NCBI GenBank assembly: GCA_038087875.1
Contig: CM075981.1
Coordinates: forward strand, 30,814,001-30,878,000
From: Malacoraja senta
Taxonomy: Eukaryota
Direction: 5' to 3'
Length of the DNA stretch: 64,000 bases
The position numbers were made by a program, and so were the translations under genes. Positions 61,030-64,000 of this stretch are shown piece by piece. The notes under the pieces were generated by a model, which ran no database searches, was not told the DNA's origin, and saw only the letters and a program-made list of their open reading frames with translations. Position 1 is the stretch's first letter; every line of letters starts with the position of its first letter.

Positions 61030-62470
61030 CACTACCATTCCACAGATTCCCAACAGCCAACTGTACTACATCTCCTCCCTCCACACTTCATATAAATGCT
61101 CTTCTTAAATTTTCCAGCCTCCTTCACTCCATGGAATCAGATTTGATGATATGACTATCCAAACTGAAGTCTGAAGAAGAGTCCCAACCCAAAACGTCAC
61201 CTATCCTTCTTCTCCAGAGATGCTGCCTGACCCGCTGAATTACTCCAGCATTTTCATCCTTTTGTGTAAACCAGCATTATCTTCAGTTCCTTGTTTCTAC
61301 ATTTTGGCTGTCTTTGAGATGTTTCCTTTTCTCTTTAAACATGGCTTCTTGTTTAACACAATTAGCAGGTTTCTTAATTGTGCCTCCCCCTACATTGCTG
61401 CTCCTCTGCTCTCACCCCTCTCCTTCCCAGTCCAAGAAAGGACAAGGTTCTCAACACACTGCAAAGACGTACAGGTTTGTAGGTTAATTAGCTTGGGTTT
61501 GTATACTTGGTATAAGAATGGTCCCTAGTGTGTGCAGGCTTGTGCTGGTCAGCGCGGACTCAGTGGGCCGAAGGGCCTGTTTCCGCACTGTATCTCAACA
61601 CAGCTTCCGACTAATCTTCTCATTCAGCAGATCTTCCTCCATAATTTCCATCCATCCCTCCCCTCTCAGGTTCCCCACATAACTCCCTGGTTTGCTCTTC
61701 CCCCTCCACAAATCAATTTTCCTCTTCATGGTATATTCCCATGTAAACCCTGACTTTGATCTGACCCATTCCCAGCATTGTGAAGCTCATAGTTTAGTTT
61801 TAAGTGAAGCAGCTATCAACTTGCTATTCCTCCAGTTTCATACAGGGCATTTATTTACATTGGAGAATAGGAACACAGATTGATGACCGCTTTGCTGACC
61901 TCCTCCTATCAGTCCACAAGGATGTTTCTCAGCTTCCATTTGTCCATCAGTTTGATTCTCCATTCAACCCTCCCCCCGCCTACTGTCTATCTCTGTCTTT
62001 GACAATCGAGGACAATTTAGGTATCAACACCCTTCCCAATTTTTTTTTCTTTCCCCTCTACCCCATCCCGTTTACCTGTGCCCCTTCCCCCCCCCACCCC
62101 AACCATGGTTCACACCCATTTCTACCACTATCCCAGCCCCATCCTCCCCGTCCGCTTCCACCTGTATCCCTCCCACTGGCTTTACATTTCACTCTTCCCA
62201 CATTATCTAACACTCTTTTGTTTCCTCTTCATCTCCAGCCTCTGTCCACCATCTGCCAATCAAATCCCCCTCAGCTGTATCCACCTATCATTCGCCAGAC
62301 TTTGTCCTGCCCCCATCACTTTTCCCGCCTCCCCATTACAATCAGTCTCAACAAGGGTTCTGATCCAAAACGTCACTTATCCATGTCCTCCAGAGATGCT
62401 GCTTGACCAGCTGAGTTACTCCAGCACTTTGTGTTCTATGCAAGATTCCAGCATCTGCAGTTCCTAGTGT
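61030..62470 (+). mobile_element. Decayed PLE body and 3' end, interrupted by a PLE repeat and a partial SINE
   Basis: DDRFADLLLSVH...LPFVHQFDSP (degenerate GIY-YIG region) followed by the typical 3' repeat. Confidence 0.6.
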
Positions 62471-62734
62471 TTGTTTGACTGCCTTGGTCTCCACTCCATT
62501 TCAGGGAGCTCAATTTCCCCCCCATCTATGCATCGCTCTGCTACTTAAAACACACTTGCTCACTCACCTATCCAGCCTGATTATATGTCAGTAACAGGAA
62601 ATTATAAATAATTGTTCTCGATCCATAGATGGGCCTTCTGCTTCATAAACCATAATTTTCTGTTTTTATTTCAGAGTTCCAGGGTATGCATGTTTTTGCT
62701 ACAAGTTTTGTCCAGTGGTTGGAATCTGGACTGA

Positions 62735-63047
62735 TTGATTGAGAGATACAGCATGGAGACAGGCCCTTTTGCCCAATGCCGACCATCGATCATCCATTCA
62801 CACGAGTTCTATGTTATCCCCCACTTTTGTATCCATTCCCAACACACATGGGGCAATTTACAGAGACTAATTAACCTACAAACGAGAACGTCTTTGGGAT
62901 GTGGGAGCAAAGCGAAGAACCTAGAGGAAACCCACACGGTCACAGGGAAAACGTGCAAACTCCACACAGACAGCCTGAGGTCAGGATCATATCCGGGTCT
63001 CTGACGCTGTGGGGCAGCAACTCTACCCGCTGTGCCAGTGTGCCACC
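62735..63047 (-). mobile_element. HE1-type V-SINE
   Basis: Reverse complement of the consensus. Confidence 0.85.
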
Positions 63048-63599
63048 TGGAACCTGCCCCTTTTCCGGGTTTACGTCCGCACCCACACAAAGGGACTACG
63101 CGCTGTCCGCGGGCGCCCTCGAGGATCTCCGGGGTCACGGCACCGCGGGGGGTGGAAGCATCCTCAATAAGGATGGTGATATAGTTGTATATTAGTTTAA
63201 TCAGTATTTAAGAATATTTGCTTTGCTTTACTGTATTATGGTGGTGGGTTTGTTTGTATCTTTGTACTGTACATGTAATTTTTAAAAATAATTGATTACA
63301 ATTATTTTTGGTTAAAAAAATAGTTCAGTTGTGGCTAATAGCATGGATACCTGAAAAGAGGAACAATATATGTCTGAAGAAGGGTCTTGACCAGAAACGC
63401 TACATATCCATATCCTCCAGAGATGTTGCCTGACCCGCTGAGTTAATCCAGCACTTAATGTTCTAAGCAAAATAATTACTTAACCACGATTTGATCAGAG
63501 TTTAGGAATTCTCCAGCAACTATCAGCATTAAGACAGCAGTAATTCAAGGAGATGGAACACCAACACCTGTTCAATGACAATAAATGTGGTTCATCTCT

Positions 63600-63957
63600 G
63601 ATCATCTCTGACTGCTCTCACCCTGGCCACAAACTCTTTGAATCACTTCCCACTGGAAGGCGACTCCGGACTGTCAAAACTGCCACAGCCAGACATAAAA
63701 ACAGTTTTTATTCACGAGTAGTTGCTCTACTCAACAGCCAAAAATCCGTAGCCTCCCTTTGATCTGGTATTTTGTTGGTTCACATGCTTGACCAATGGTG
63801 TTTTATCATTAATGTTTTATTATTATTAATGTTTAGTGTTTTCTGTGTCATTCGTAACTGTTACTGTATGTCATGTTGTTACTTGTGGGCGGAGCACCAA
63901 GGCAAATTCCTTGTATGTGAATACTTGGCCAATAAACTTACTTACTTACTTACTTAC
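63600..63957 (+). mobile_element. Rex1/Babar-type LINE 3' end
   Basis: IISDCSHPGHKLFESLPTGRRLRTVKTATARHKNSFY; AATAAA plus (ACTT)n tail. Confidence 0.8.
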
Positions 63958-64000
63958 CAGAGAAAACCTACGCAATCTCTTTAGCTGAAAAAATGTACCT

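Overview
This is eukaryotic, repeat-dense DNA from a cartilaginous fish, probably a skate or ray. That assignment is inferred from abundant HE1-type V-SINEs, SacSINE1-like DeuSINEs, CR1 LINE fragments and Penelope-like element (PLE) terminal repeats. The window appears to be mostly intron of an unidentified minus-strand gene, with three phase-compatible candidate exons at about 28.0, 25.6 and 1.2 kb. The standout is a young 4,387-bp cut-and-paste DNA transposon at 29028-33414. It has 14-bp TIRs and a 7-bp TSD (hATw-like), and its nearly intact DDE transposase ends in what looks like a Spindlin-type Tudor (histone-methyl reader) domain. Also present: a full-length L1 with a 14-bp TSD, a composite non-autonomous Helitron, the 3' half of a Gypsy LTR element, and three Harbinger-type MITEs. 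Many PLE fold-back fragments carry minimal hammerhead ribozyme motifs. A set of ORF-less GC-rich retroposons share a covarying internal hairpin but carry different LINE tails. Almost all short ORFs in the track are repeat-derived noise. Family assignments come from motif recognition by eye, not database searches, and boundaries of degenerate repeats are approximate.
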